Part shown: positions 1-8,007 of the stretch, in pieces
How the letters are laid out: each line of letters opens with the position of its first letter
How positions within the stretch are numbered: the first letter of the stretch is position 1
NCBI GenBank assembly: GCA_030630005.1
Contig: DAOVNY010000003.1
Coordinates: 1 to 34,575 of the forward strand
Length of the DNA stretch: 34,575 bases
Direction: 5' to 3'
Source: Bacteroidales bacterium
GTDB taxonomy: Bacteria > Bacteroidota > Bacteroidia > Bacteroidales > JAIORY01
The notes under the pieces: model-generated
The model's database searches: none
The model's input: only the letters and a program-made list of their open reading frames with translations
What the model was told of the DNA's origin: nothing
Translations under genes and position numbers: made by a program

Positions 1-684
1 GGTATGTACACTGTAGCTTTAGCAGGGACTGTTGAAGCCGGTTTTTCTTCTGCTTTAACTAAAACAGATGATGTTGAACCTCCACCACAATATTTTGAAC
101 AACTTTACATGATTGGTGAAGGAGTTAGTGATTGGGATACTGATTTACCTACTGTTGCTGTATATGGTAATCCACAGTTATTCTGGAAAATTGTTTGGAT
201 AACAGAAGAATTGGAATTTAAATTCCGTCCTGATGATACCTGGGGTGGTGATGAGTTTGGATATGAAACTGACTTAGGTGCTGGTGAATATACCATAGGT
301 GAAACCAACTTAATAGTAGCTACAACCGGATACTATATGGTTGTTGTTGATTTAGAACTAAATAAAATTTCAGTTGTTGATCCAACTGTTTATCTTATTG
401 GTGATTGTGTTGGAGGCTGGGATCAAGCCGTTGCGGAAAACTTATTTACAGTTGACAACCCAAACGAAGTTGTTACTATAACTAAAGATTTGCTTGCCGG
501 TGATCTTAGAATGTATGCCGCACATCCTTATTTCTTTGATTGGTGGCACGTAGAATTTATGATTTTTGATAATCTTATTGAATTCCGTGCAGATGGTAAT
601 GATCAAGAAAGAATCACACTAACTGCCGGTACGTACACTATTGATCTTAACTTTAAGACAGGTGCCGGTTCTATTACTCAATAG
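1..684 (+). CDS. SusE/SusF-family outer-membrane carbohydrate-binding protein, C-terminal part (5'-truncated by window)
   Basis: Frame open from base 1; tandem beta-sandwich modules with LYMIG/VYLIG, ELEFKF, LRMY..WW.EF and YTIDLNFKT motifs typical of SusE/F domains. Confidence 0.75.
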   Translation, partial: GMYTVALAGTVEAGFSSALTKTDDVEPPPQYFEQLYMIGEGVSDWDTDLPTVAVYGNPQLFWKIVWITEELEFKFRPDDTWGGDEFGYETDLGAGEYTIGETNLIVATTGYYMVVVDLELNKISVVDPTVYLIGDCVGGWDQAVAENLFTVDNPNEVVTITKDLLAGDLRMYAAHPYFFDWWHVEFMIFDNLIEFRADGNDQERITLTAGTYTIDLNFKTGAGSITQ

Positions 685-689
685 AATTA

Positions 690-746
690 ATTCTTAACTA
701 ATAAAAAAAGCTCGCAAATTGCGAGCTTTTTTTATTAGTTAAGAAT
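690..746. terminator. Bidirectional intrinsic terminator, perfect 28-bp inverted repeat
   Basis: ATTCTTAACTAATAAAAAAAGCTCGCAA-A-TTGCGAGCTTTTTTTATTAGTTAAGAAT between convergent genes; GC core with A7/T7 tracts. Confidence 0.9.
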
Positions 747-757
747 ATTAAACCTAT

Positions 758-1552
758 TTACAACTCCTTAATTTTTATATTCCTAAACCACACATCATCA
801 CCATGGTCCTGTAGTCCGATATAACCTTCTTCGGCAGTATTAATAAATTCTTCCCAGTCTTTAAATTTGCTGTTAGCACATAAGTCTTTCCAATCCTGTG
901 TCCAGAGATGATATTCAACAACATTTTCGCCATTCATAGTGTGAACAACAGTTCCGTTATAAACAAGGATATTTATTTTATTCCACTCCCCTGCCGGATT
1001 TGCATTTTGAGGAACAGCAGGAATAAGATCGTATAAAGCACCTGCCTGACGATTTCCATCTTTTCCAAGCTTTGCATCAGGATGTTTTGCATTATCCAAT
1101 ATTTGCATTTCGGGAGATGACTTCCAAATAGGAACTCCTTCAATTTCCTGAGCGAGATAAAATATTCCGCTATTTCCACCTTCCGAAACTTTCCATTCGA
1201 GAGATAATTCAAAGTTTTTGTATTTTTTATCTATGATGATATCTCCACCACCACCGGCTTCGCCCCTGCCTGATGACAAACAGTGGATAGTTCCGTCTTC
1301 TATCACCCATCCTTTTTCAGGGAAATTTTCTTTATTGTATCCTCTGAAATTATTTGATGTTTTACCATCAAAAATCAAAACCCAAGCATCATCAATTTCT
1401 TGTTGAGTGAGTGTATTGGAAGTTTGTTCGGATATTGTTGCCGTTTCTTCTTTTTGATTGATTTGCTCATCTTTTTGTTCACTTTTTGGAACACATGAGA
1501 ATAGTAGTGCAAACACGATTATTAAACTGCTAATATTTGTTAATCTTTTCAT
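758..1552 (-). CDS. DUF1080 (3-keto-glycoside hydrolase/lyase family) lipoprotein
   Basis: Lipobox LLFSC; LIFDGK, NSGIFY, PEMQILD, GYIGLQDHG..VWFRNIKIKEL motifs. Confidence 0.9.
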   Translation of the reverse strand: MKRLTNISSLIIVFALLFSCVPKSEQKDEQINQKEETATISEQTSNTLTQQEIDDAWVLIFDGKTSNNFRGYNKENFPEKGWVIEDGTIHCLSSGRGEAGGGGDIIIDKKYKNFELSLEWKVSEGGNSGIFYLAQEIEGVPIWKSSPEMQILDNAKHPDAKLGKDGNRQAGALYDLIPAVPQNANPAGEWNKINILVYNGTVVHTMNGENVVEYHLWTQDWKDLCANSKFKDWEEFINTAEEGYIGLQDHGDDVWFRNIKIKEL

Positions 1553-1587
1553 TTGTTTATATTTTTATTTGTTTGTTTTTGATGTTT

Positions 1588-1620
1588 TCTAAATCTGAAA
1601 TCTAAATTCTTAAATCTAAA
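1588..1620. repeat. Degenerate 7-nt tandem array (TCTAAAT-like)
   Basis: tctaaa tctgaaa tctaaat tcttaaa tctaaa, abutting the MITE-like element. Confidence 0.55.
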
Positions 1621-1741
1621 GGAGGGTTCTAAAAATAGTGAAGTTCGAGGCGCAAGAAATTTTAAAACCGGATTTTACCTTTGTAAATGAGGATTTTAAA
1701 ATTTTGAAGCAACGAAGAAATTTGCATTTTTAGAACCCTCC
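1621..1741. mobile_element. 121-bp MITE-like element with 16-bp terminal inverted repeats and TAAA direct repeats
   Basis: GGAGGGTTCTAAAAAT (1621-1636) and ATTTTTAGAACCCTCC (1726-1741); TAAA at 1617-1620 and 1742-1745; no ORF; internal self-complementary segments. Confidence 0.75.
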
Positions 1742-1746
1742 TAAAA

Positions 1747-3237
1747 TCACAACTTCCATCCTTCCCGATAAGTATGCCTAACATACTCTTCGGCAGCAGG
1801 TTTTGCATCAATTGTATCATATTTAGTATCGAAATGCGGATGTCCGTTGATTACAGTAAATTTGTCGGAAGAAACCACTCTGATCTGATCATCAGCATTA
1901 ATATTTGTAACTCTCATATTTTCTCCATCCCAAAGTAATTTTCTTTTCAGGTCTTGCAAACGAATTGCGAGATTACCCATAACCACCATTTCAGTCAAAG
2001 GACCGGCATAATCAAAATTAGAACTTGGCAATAATCTATTATCAGGACTTTCTTTACAAGCTCTTACCCAATCCATTTCATGACCGCCTTTCCATGCATC
2101 TTTCACTCTACGAATTGTTTCCGGCGGACGTTTATAATCTTTATCAAGTTCTTCGGGAAGCAATACCGGATTTTGACCGTAACATCCACACATTAATTTT
2201 CCTTTTGATCCTACAAAAATAACTCCACCATTTCTGTCACCCAATATCTGTCCGTCTTTTAGTTCTTCCGGTCTTTCGGGTAATAATCCGCCATCGTACC
2301 ATGTTAATTTCACAGCAGGTAATTTTATATTTTTAATAGAATTACGCTTCGGAAACTCATAAATAATTTTTGAGGCATGAGGAGCACTTTCAGTATTTAC
2401 CTGTGTTGAGCTTCCCTGCACACTTATTGGTTTGCCAAGATTCAGGGCTTTAAAAGCCGGATCCATAATATGACAAGCCATATCGCCAAGAGCACCGGTT
2501 CCAAAGTCCCACCATGCACGCCAGTTCCAAGGTGTGTATGAAGGATGATAAGGACGGTATTTTGCAGGTCCTATAAATAAATCCCAGTCTAAAGTAGAAG
2601 GAACCGGAGGAGTTTCTGTTGGTTTTTCCAAACCCTGAGGCCATATCGGACGGTTTGTCCATGCATGGACTTCCTCGATCTCACCAATAGCACCATCCCA
2701 GATCAACTCACAAAGTTGTCGGATATCATCATTAGAGTTTCCCTGATTACCCATCTGAGTGGCTACCTTATATTTTCGGGCAGTTTCGGTTAAGACTCTT
2801 GCCTCATAAACCGAATGAGTTAAAGGTTTCTGAACAAATACATGTTTCCCTCTTCTCATTGCTTCAGCAGCAATAATAGCATGAGTATGATCAGGAGTAG
2901 CAACAACCACAGCATCAATTTGATCACCCATCTGATCAAACATTTTTCTATAATCCTTGAATTTTTTAGCATTAGGATATTTATTAAAAGTCCCGGATGC
3001 ATAATCCCAGTCAACATCACATAAGGCTACAATATTCTGAGAATTCAAATTATTGATATTAGTACCACCAATGCCGCCAACTCCAACGCCGGCAATATTT
3101 AATTTATCGCCGGGTGCAAAAGATCCCAAGCCTCCGATAGAAGCAAAACTTGGAAGAATAGTTAATCCGGCAGCTGCAGTTGCAACATTACCGATAAATT
3201 TCCTCCTTGAAATTTCATTACTATTTTTCTTTTCCAT
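1747..3237 (-). CDS. Gfo/Idh/MocA NAD-dependent oxidoreductase with Tat signal (likely glycoside 3-dehydrogenase type)
   Basis: Start moved to ATG 3237 (MEKKNSNEISRRKF, twin-arginine); GVGGIG, ATPDHTH, QKPL, GALGDMACH motifs. Confidence 0.9.
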   Translation of the reverse strand: MEKKNSNEISRRKFIGNVATAAAGLTILPSFASIGGLGSFAPGDKLNIAGVGVGGIGGTNINNLNSQNIVALCDVDWDYASGTFNKYPNAKKFKDYRKMFDQMGDQIDAVVVATPDHTHAIIAAEAMRRGKHVFVQKPLTHSVYEARVLTETARKYKVATQMGNQGNSNDDIRQLCELIWDGAIGEIEEVHAWTNRPIWPQGLEKPTETPPVPSTLDWDLFIGPAKYRPYHPSYTPWNWRAWWDFGTGALGDMACHIMDPAFKALNLGKPISVQGSSTQVNTESAPHASKIIYEFPKRNSIKNIKLPAVKLTWYDGGLLPERPEELKDGQILGDRNGGVIFVGSKGKLMCGCYGQNPVLLPEELDKDYKRPPETIRRVKDAWKGGHEMDWVRACKESPDNRLLPSSNFDYAGPLTEMVVMGNLAIRLQDLKRKLLWDGENMRVTNINADDQIRVVSSDKFTVINGHPHFDTKYDTIDAKPAAEEYVRHTYREGWKL

Positions 3238-3255
3238 ATTTTTATTTTTATTATA

Positions 3256-3482
3256 AAATGACTGAAATGACTGAAATTTAAAAATATCAATTCTTGGGTT
3301 CACTTCGAAAAGTTAACAAAAAGAAAATGCCACTAAGACACCAAGACTCAAAGAAACACAAAAAAAATCAATTATAAATATTTCTTTCTCCATCACTCCA
3401 TTACTCCATTTATTTCCCATATTTCCCTTATTTCCCTTACGACCAGAGGGAGTCCGTATGGATTCCCAATTTCAAATTTCCA
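3256..3482. repeat. Patchwork of several short tandem arrays (9-, 8-, 8-, 9-, 7-nt units) with a 26-bp embedded hairpin
   Basis: AAATGACTG x2 (3256), CACYAAGA-like x3 (~3331), CTCCATYA x2-3 (3388), ATTTCCCWT x3 (3412), insert 3438-3463. Confidence 0.7.
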
Positions 3483-3499
3483 TTGCAAATTATTACTGA

Positions 3500-4519
3500 T
3501 CAGTTACCAAATGCTTTTTCAATTATTTCTATTGTTCTTGCAGCTTCTTCCGGTTTAACCATCATTTCCTTTCCCTTTTCCAGAACATCATAAACATTAT
3601 GATAAAAACCCTGATATCGCCCTGCTAAAGTTTTAATTTTCTTTTCAGAAATATTTCCGTCTTTTATTGTTTTCAATGAACCATAATATTTTTCAGAGTC
3701 CTTTCCCCAATCTTTCCCTCTTGGGATATTGCCGTTTTTCAAAGCTTCTTCCTGAGGATCAATACCGTATTTTACAAACTCACCATTATTCCCCTTCAAA
3801 ATAAATCTTGGACCTATTTTATCAACCAACATACCAGCCGTTAAAATTACTTTTAATTTTTCATATCTCAAAACCAGTCTGAAATAATCATCCACCTTGC
3901 TTTCTTTTCGTTGAGACTGAATATCTGCCTCAATTTTTTCAGGAAATCCGAATAATGATAATGCCTGATCAATTAAATGAGAACCGAGATCGAATAATAT
4001 TCCACTTCCGGGAAGGTTTTTATCTCTCCATGCATTGTCTTTAAATTTGGGGGCATATCTATCAAAATGAGCTTCGTACTCATACAATCCACCAAGAACA
4101 TTGTTTTCTATTAATTTTTTGATTGTAAGAAAATCTCCATCCCAACGACGGTTTTGATAAACAAATAATTTCAGGTTTTTTTCTTTTGCCAGATCAATTA
4201 GTTGTTTTGCTTCCGCAGAAGTTGGGGTAAACGGCTTTTCGACAACAACGTGTTTTCCTGCCAGCAAGGAGTTTTTCACCATTTCAAAATGAAGAGTATT
4301 TGGAGTAGTGATCACTATCAAATCAATTTCTTTATCATTCAAAAGATCAGAAATATTTCTGACAACAGCTACATAAGGATATATTTTTTGTGAATTATTA
4401 TGTTTTCGTTCAACTACTTTTATAAGTTCAAAATCAGGATTGGCATCAATAAAAGGAGCATGAAAAACCTTCCCCGACAAGCCAAAACCAACTAATCCTA
4501 CTATAATTTTTCTTGACAT
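3500..4519 (-). CDS. Gfo/Idh/MocA oxidoreductase, YdgJ/IolW-like
   Basis: Start moved to ATG 4519; GFGLSGKVFHAP, VVEKPF, YQNRRWDGDF, DLGSHLIDQAL motifs. Confidence 0.88.
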   Translation of the reverse strand: MSRKIIVGLVGFGLSGKVFHAPFIDANPDFELIKVVERKHNNSQKIYPYVAVVRNISDLLNDKEIDLIVITTPNTLHFEMVKNSLLAGKHVVVEKPFTPTSAEAKQLIDLAKEKNLKLFVYQNRRWDGDFLTIKKLIENNVLGGLYEYEAHFDRYAPKFKDNAWRDKNLPGSGILFDLGSHLIDQALSLFGFPEKIEADIQSQRKESKVDDYFRLVLRYEKLKVILTAGMLVDKIGPRFILKGNNGEFVKYGIDPQEEALKNGNIPRGKDWGKDSEKYYGSLKTIKDGNISEKKIKTLAGRYQGFYHNVYDVLEKGKEMMVKPEEAARTIEIIEKAFGN

Positions 4520-4550
4520 TTTATAAAATCTTATGTTTTGCAACTAATAT

Positions 4551-4743
4551 TAGTGCCTAAAGTTTGGAGTGCCTAAAATGCCTAAAGTTATTGGTTATTA
4601 CTAATTAATGTAAAAATGTCAAACATTTTATATCCCTAAATCAAAACAAATTTATTTTCATAGAATAAACCCAGTCAAATTAGTTACTCAGTTTGTATTT
4701 CAAATAACTTTAGGCACTCCAAATTTTAGTTCACTTTAAGTAC
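4551..4743. repeat. Pair of inverted GTGCCTAAA-type tandem arrays bracketing ~110 bp
   Basis: TTTGGAGTGCCTAAA (4563-4577) is the reverse complement of 4709-4723; TGCCTAAAGTTATT (4579-4592) of 4703-4716. Confidence 0.8.
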
Positions 4744-4760
4744 CAATTAAATCCAAAGCT

Positions 4761-5618
4761 TTATTCATTTAACATTTTACTCAAATTCCTATAACTAATT
4801 GAAACACTTTCTAATGGAGGTTTTCGACAAACATCCTGTTCAACAAAAAAGTATTTCATTCCTGATAGTTCTTTGTATTTGAATAACTCCTTAAAATCAA
4901 TTATTCCATTTCCAACTTCCGTAAAAAATCTTTCTTCACTATCTTCCATATCTTTTACATGCCATAGTTCAAATCGTCCGGGATATTTTTTAAAATAGGT
5001 GATCGGATCAAAACCTGCTTTAATTATCCAGTAAAGATCGAGTTGCATTTTAACCAATTCTTCATCAGTTTCTTTTAAAAGAACATCGTAAGGAATTATG
5101 CCTTCAATATTTACAAATTCAAAATCATGATTATGATAAGCAAATTGAACACCGGACTTTTTACATAACTCACCAATTTTATTAAAATCTTCAGCAAGCT
5201 TTTTATAACTGTCTATACTTTTTCTTTTTTCGACAGGCAACCAGGGAAGTACCAGATACTTAATTTCTGATTCACAGGTGTCATCAATTACTTTTTGAGC
5301 ATTATCAAACTCAAAACCTGCATGAAAACTTGGCAGAATCATACCGAGATCATTTACCATTCTTTTAAATTCTTTTGGTTTTAATCCGTAAAATTTACCA
5401 TTTGAATAACCGGCAGCTTCAACAGAATTATAACCAATTTGAGCAAGTTTTTTAAGAGTTCCGTACAGATCATCTTTTATCAAATCTCTGACAGAATAAA
5501 GTTGTAATCCAATCAGTAATTTTTTTGATCCGGGAAATGAACACATTTCAAAAGGAAAGATAATACTTCCTGCTGTTATTGCAGCTATTGACTTAATAAA
5601 GGTTCTTCGAGTTTTCAT
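4761..5618 (-). CDS. Sugar phosphate isomerase/epimerase (xylose isomerase-like TIM barrel), Tat-exported
   Basis: Start moved to ATG 5618 (MKTRRTF); GLQLYSVR, YHNHDFEF, LDLYW, HVKD, FVEQD motifs. Confidence 0.9.
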   Translation of the reverse strand: MKTRRTFIKSIAAITAGSIIFPFEMCSFPGSKKLLIGLQLYSVRDLIKDDLYGTLKKLAQIGYNSVEAAGYSNGKFYGLKPKEFKRMVNDLGMILPSFHAGFEFDNAQKVIDDTCESEIKYLVLPWLPVEKRKSIDSYKKLAEDFNKIGELCKKSGVQFAYHNHDFEFVNIEGIIPYDVLLKETDEELVKMQLDLYWIIKAGFDPITYFKKYPGRFELWHVKDMEDSEERFFTEVGNGIIDFKELFKYKELSGMKYFFVEQDVCRKPPLESVSISYRNLSKMLNE

Positions 5619-5627
5619 AATTATTTG

Positions 5628-5742
5628 AGTTTCGAGTTTTGGGTTTTGGGTTTCGGGTTTCGCCAGACATTTAACTTCCATTACCATTACTCCATTACTC
5701 CATTACTCCATTACTCCATTACTCCATTACTCCATTACTCCA
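5628..5742. repeat. RGTTTYG x5 array followed by CCATTACT x7 perfect array
   Basis: Heptamers 5628-5662; seven exact octamers 5684-5739. Confidence 0.95.
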
Positions 5743-5745
5743 AAT

Positions 5746-7329
5746 TTATACAATCCTTTTCTTCTCTTTATCCCAATACACTTTCCTGTTTTCGCGATAA
5801 GCAATTGTACCCATGTGTGATGTAATTGCGCCCTCAAAACCACGATCGATATTACAACTCGGCTGAGTTCCTTTTCTTATACAGTCAATCCATTCCTTAA
5901 TGTGAAGGTGAGTTGTATCAACCATTTTACCTCCGCGTTGAGTGTATAACAAACCTCTTCCGGCAAAATATTTTTCGGTAGGAGAAGATATTGCATCCAC
6001 TTTTTCTACTCCGGGAACATAAGTATAAAGCGGACTTGATGGGTCAAATATTCCTTTTTCAATCTTTTCTTTATAACGTGTAGAGTTACGATCGGCAGTT
6101 ATTGTAAGGGTATTGCCAAGTTCCATCGAAGCATCATGCCCCATAATCACTCTGCCTCTTTTACGACTGCTTGCCAGACTGGCACTATAAACTAAAGACA
6201 TATCCTTTTCGGGAAATTCAAAAACAGTTTGAAGTACATCAGGGACTGTCCGTCCATCCTTAAAGTGATAAATACCACCGGAAGAAATTGCGGAATCAGG
6301 AATTCCAATATCCATAATTTGATTTATCGCATCATACTCATGAGTAAGCAAATCACCTGATAATCCTGTGCTATAATCCCACCAGCAACGCCAGCGAAAG
6401 AACCTTTCGAGACTGAATTTATGATAAGGTGCATGTCCTATAAACTGATCCCAATCAATAGTCTGAGGATTAGCATCAGGGTGGATTTTATAAACCCATG
6501 CTCCGTTTGAAGTATTCCGGTTTGTAGTAACTTCAATTAAACTTATCTTGCCGAGAATATTTTTTTCAATTGCTTCACGGGCTTTAAAATAGCTCTCTGT
6601 TTGCCTCCCCTGATGACCAAGCTGAAAAACAATATTATTTCTTTTTACGGCTTCAACAACTTCATAAGTTTCCGTAGCTGTCCATGTCATTGGTTTTTCG
6701 CAATAAACATGTTTTCCTGCATTTGCAGCGTCAATTGTCATTCGTCCGTGCCAATGATCGGGAACAGAAATAATGACAGCATCAATATCATCAGCGGCAA
6801 GAAGTTCTTTGTAAGTCCGGTATCTTCTTGGTTCAGTTCCCATTTTCCCGACTGTTCCTTCCCTGTTAATATTTGAAGCTGCCTTTTGAGCATTTTCAGC
6901 ATAAACATCAAAAATATCACAAACACCATTTATAACAACATTAAGGTTTTCCTGTTGTAAGAAATTTTTATATCTTTTGTCGTTTTTATCCTTTAAAGCT
7001 TTTTCTTTCAGATCGTCAATATATTGGGGATGAGCGAAACCGGCACCACGAGCAAGATGTGGTCCACGAATTCCAAATCCTATTAATCCTAATCTTATTT
7101 GCTTTCCTCCGGCTGTTAATTCAGTTATTTCCGGTGCTGCGTGACTAAGATCAAGTTCTTCATTAATGGTAGTCCTAAGTATATTATCAAATTTATTTTT
7201 CCGGTAAACACCGTAAGCCATTGCACCCAGCACAGGAACAGTTGCTAATCCTTTTAAAATATCTCTTCTGGAAAATCTACCGGAATTGGTCTGATTTTGG
7301 TTTTTACTATCCTTTTGTCTCTCGTTCAT
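5746..7329 (-). CDS. Gfo/Idh/MocA oxidoreductase with Tat-like N-terminus
   Basis: SRRDILK; GFGIRG, VPDHWH, CEKPM, GLSGDLLTH motifs. Confidence 0.88.
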   Translation of the reverse strand: MNERQKDSKNQNQTNSGRFSRRDILKGLATVPVLGAMAYGVYRKNKFDNILRTTINEELDLSHAAPEITELTAGGKQIRLGLIGFGIRGPHLARGAGFAHPQYIDDLKEKALKDKNDKRYKNFLQQENLNVVINGVCDIFDVYAENAQKAASNINREGTVGKMGTEPRRYRTYKELLAADDIDAVIISVPDHWHGRMTIDAANAGKHVYCEKPMTWTATETYEVVEAVKRNNIVFQLGHQGRQTESYFKAREAIEKNILGKISLIEVTTNRNTSNGAWVYKIHPDANPQTIDWDQFIGHAPYHKFSLERFFRWRCWWDYSTGLSGDLLTHEYDAINQIMDIGIPDSAISSGGIYHFKDGRTVPDVLQTVFEFPEKDMSLVYSASLASSRKRGRVIMGHDASMELGNTLTITADRNSTRYKEKIEKGIFDPSSPLYTYVPGVEKVDAISSPTEKYFAGRGLLYTQRGGKMVDTTHLHIKEWIDCIRKGTQPSCNIDRGFEGAITSHMGTIAYRENRKVYWDKEKKRIV

Positions 7330-7420
7330 AATTATTTATTCTAAATCTTTAATTATTCCCCCAAAGGGGAAGGAGCTACTTTGTATAAAATATATAGTTA
7401 TTATTTCTAATATTCAAAAG

Positions 7421-7933
7421 TTATTTTTTCACTGCCGACTGTTTACTTCCGACTTCCGACTTTTTTTTAAAAATCAATCTATCCATGCCAATAATCTTGC
7501 TTGTCGGAAAAACCAGTAACACAGCAAGAGTAACTAATTCAACAAATATTTTATTTACAATTAGATAATTCCCCTCTGTTGGGAGATTATAATCCAAACC
7601 GGGAAAAGGTGGATGAGACAGATAATACATTGTCAGTAAAACTATTCCTGCTATCTTAGCTATCCTGGCAAGGCAACCCAAAATAAGCCCCAGTCCAATT
7701 GCAATCAATCCATAGATATTCATAATATCAACAACATTAAGAACGCCTTGATCAGCAGCAATTGATTTATAAAAACCAGACATAAAACCCTGAGAATCCA
7801 TCAGGTATCCAAAACTTGACCATGCCGGATCAATCAATTTCACTAATCCTTCATACAAAAAAAGCCAGCCGATAATAACTCTTAATATTACAAGCATACT
7901 TAGCTGGCTTTTTGAATAATTCTTATTTTTCAT
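7421..7933 (-). CDS. DoxX-family membrane protein (thiosulfate:quinone oxidoreductase small-subunit-like)
   Basis: LRVIIGWLFLYEGLVK motif, four hydrophobic segments; C-terminal tail encoded by 7-nt repeats. Confidence 0.85.
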   Translation of the reverse strand: MKNKNYSKSQLSMLVILRVIIGWLFLYEGLVKLIDPAWSSFGYLMDSQGFMSGFYKSIAADQGVLNVVDIMNIYGLIAIGLGLILGCLARIAKIAGIVLLTMYYLSHPPFPGLDYNLPTEGNYLIVNKIFVELVTLAVLLVFPTSKIIGMDRLIFKKKSEVGSKQSAVKK

Positions 7934-7944
7934 ATTTATTTTTT

Positions 7945-7994
7945 AATCTGTGAATCTGTGGCTATTTTTTATATAATTTTTCGCAGTGGACTCA
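7945..7994. repeat. Two orphan element ends: AATCTGTG tandem and a 17-bp TIR-like sequence
   Basis: 7945-7962 matches reverse complement of 15271-15288 (17/18); 7978-7994 matches reverse complement of 27648-27664 (16/17). Confidence 0.7.
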
Positions 7995-8007
7995 ATCTTA
8001 AATCAAA

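Noticed and set aside
5684-5742. Possible CRISPR array
   Set aside because: Contiguous 8-nt units without spacers; no cas genes; the same applies to all other arrays in the window
5625-5825. Short ORFs with repetitive peptides (also 33655-33903, 20208-20430)
   Set aside because: Translations of tandem repeats or antisense shadows of real genes
7356-7371. Small TTCCCC-CAAA-GGGGAA hairpin
   Set aside because: Single short copy, no U-tract; insufficient evidence for a call
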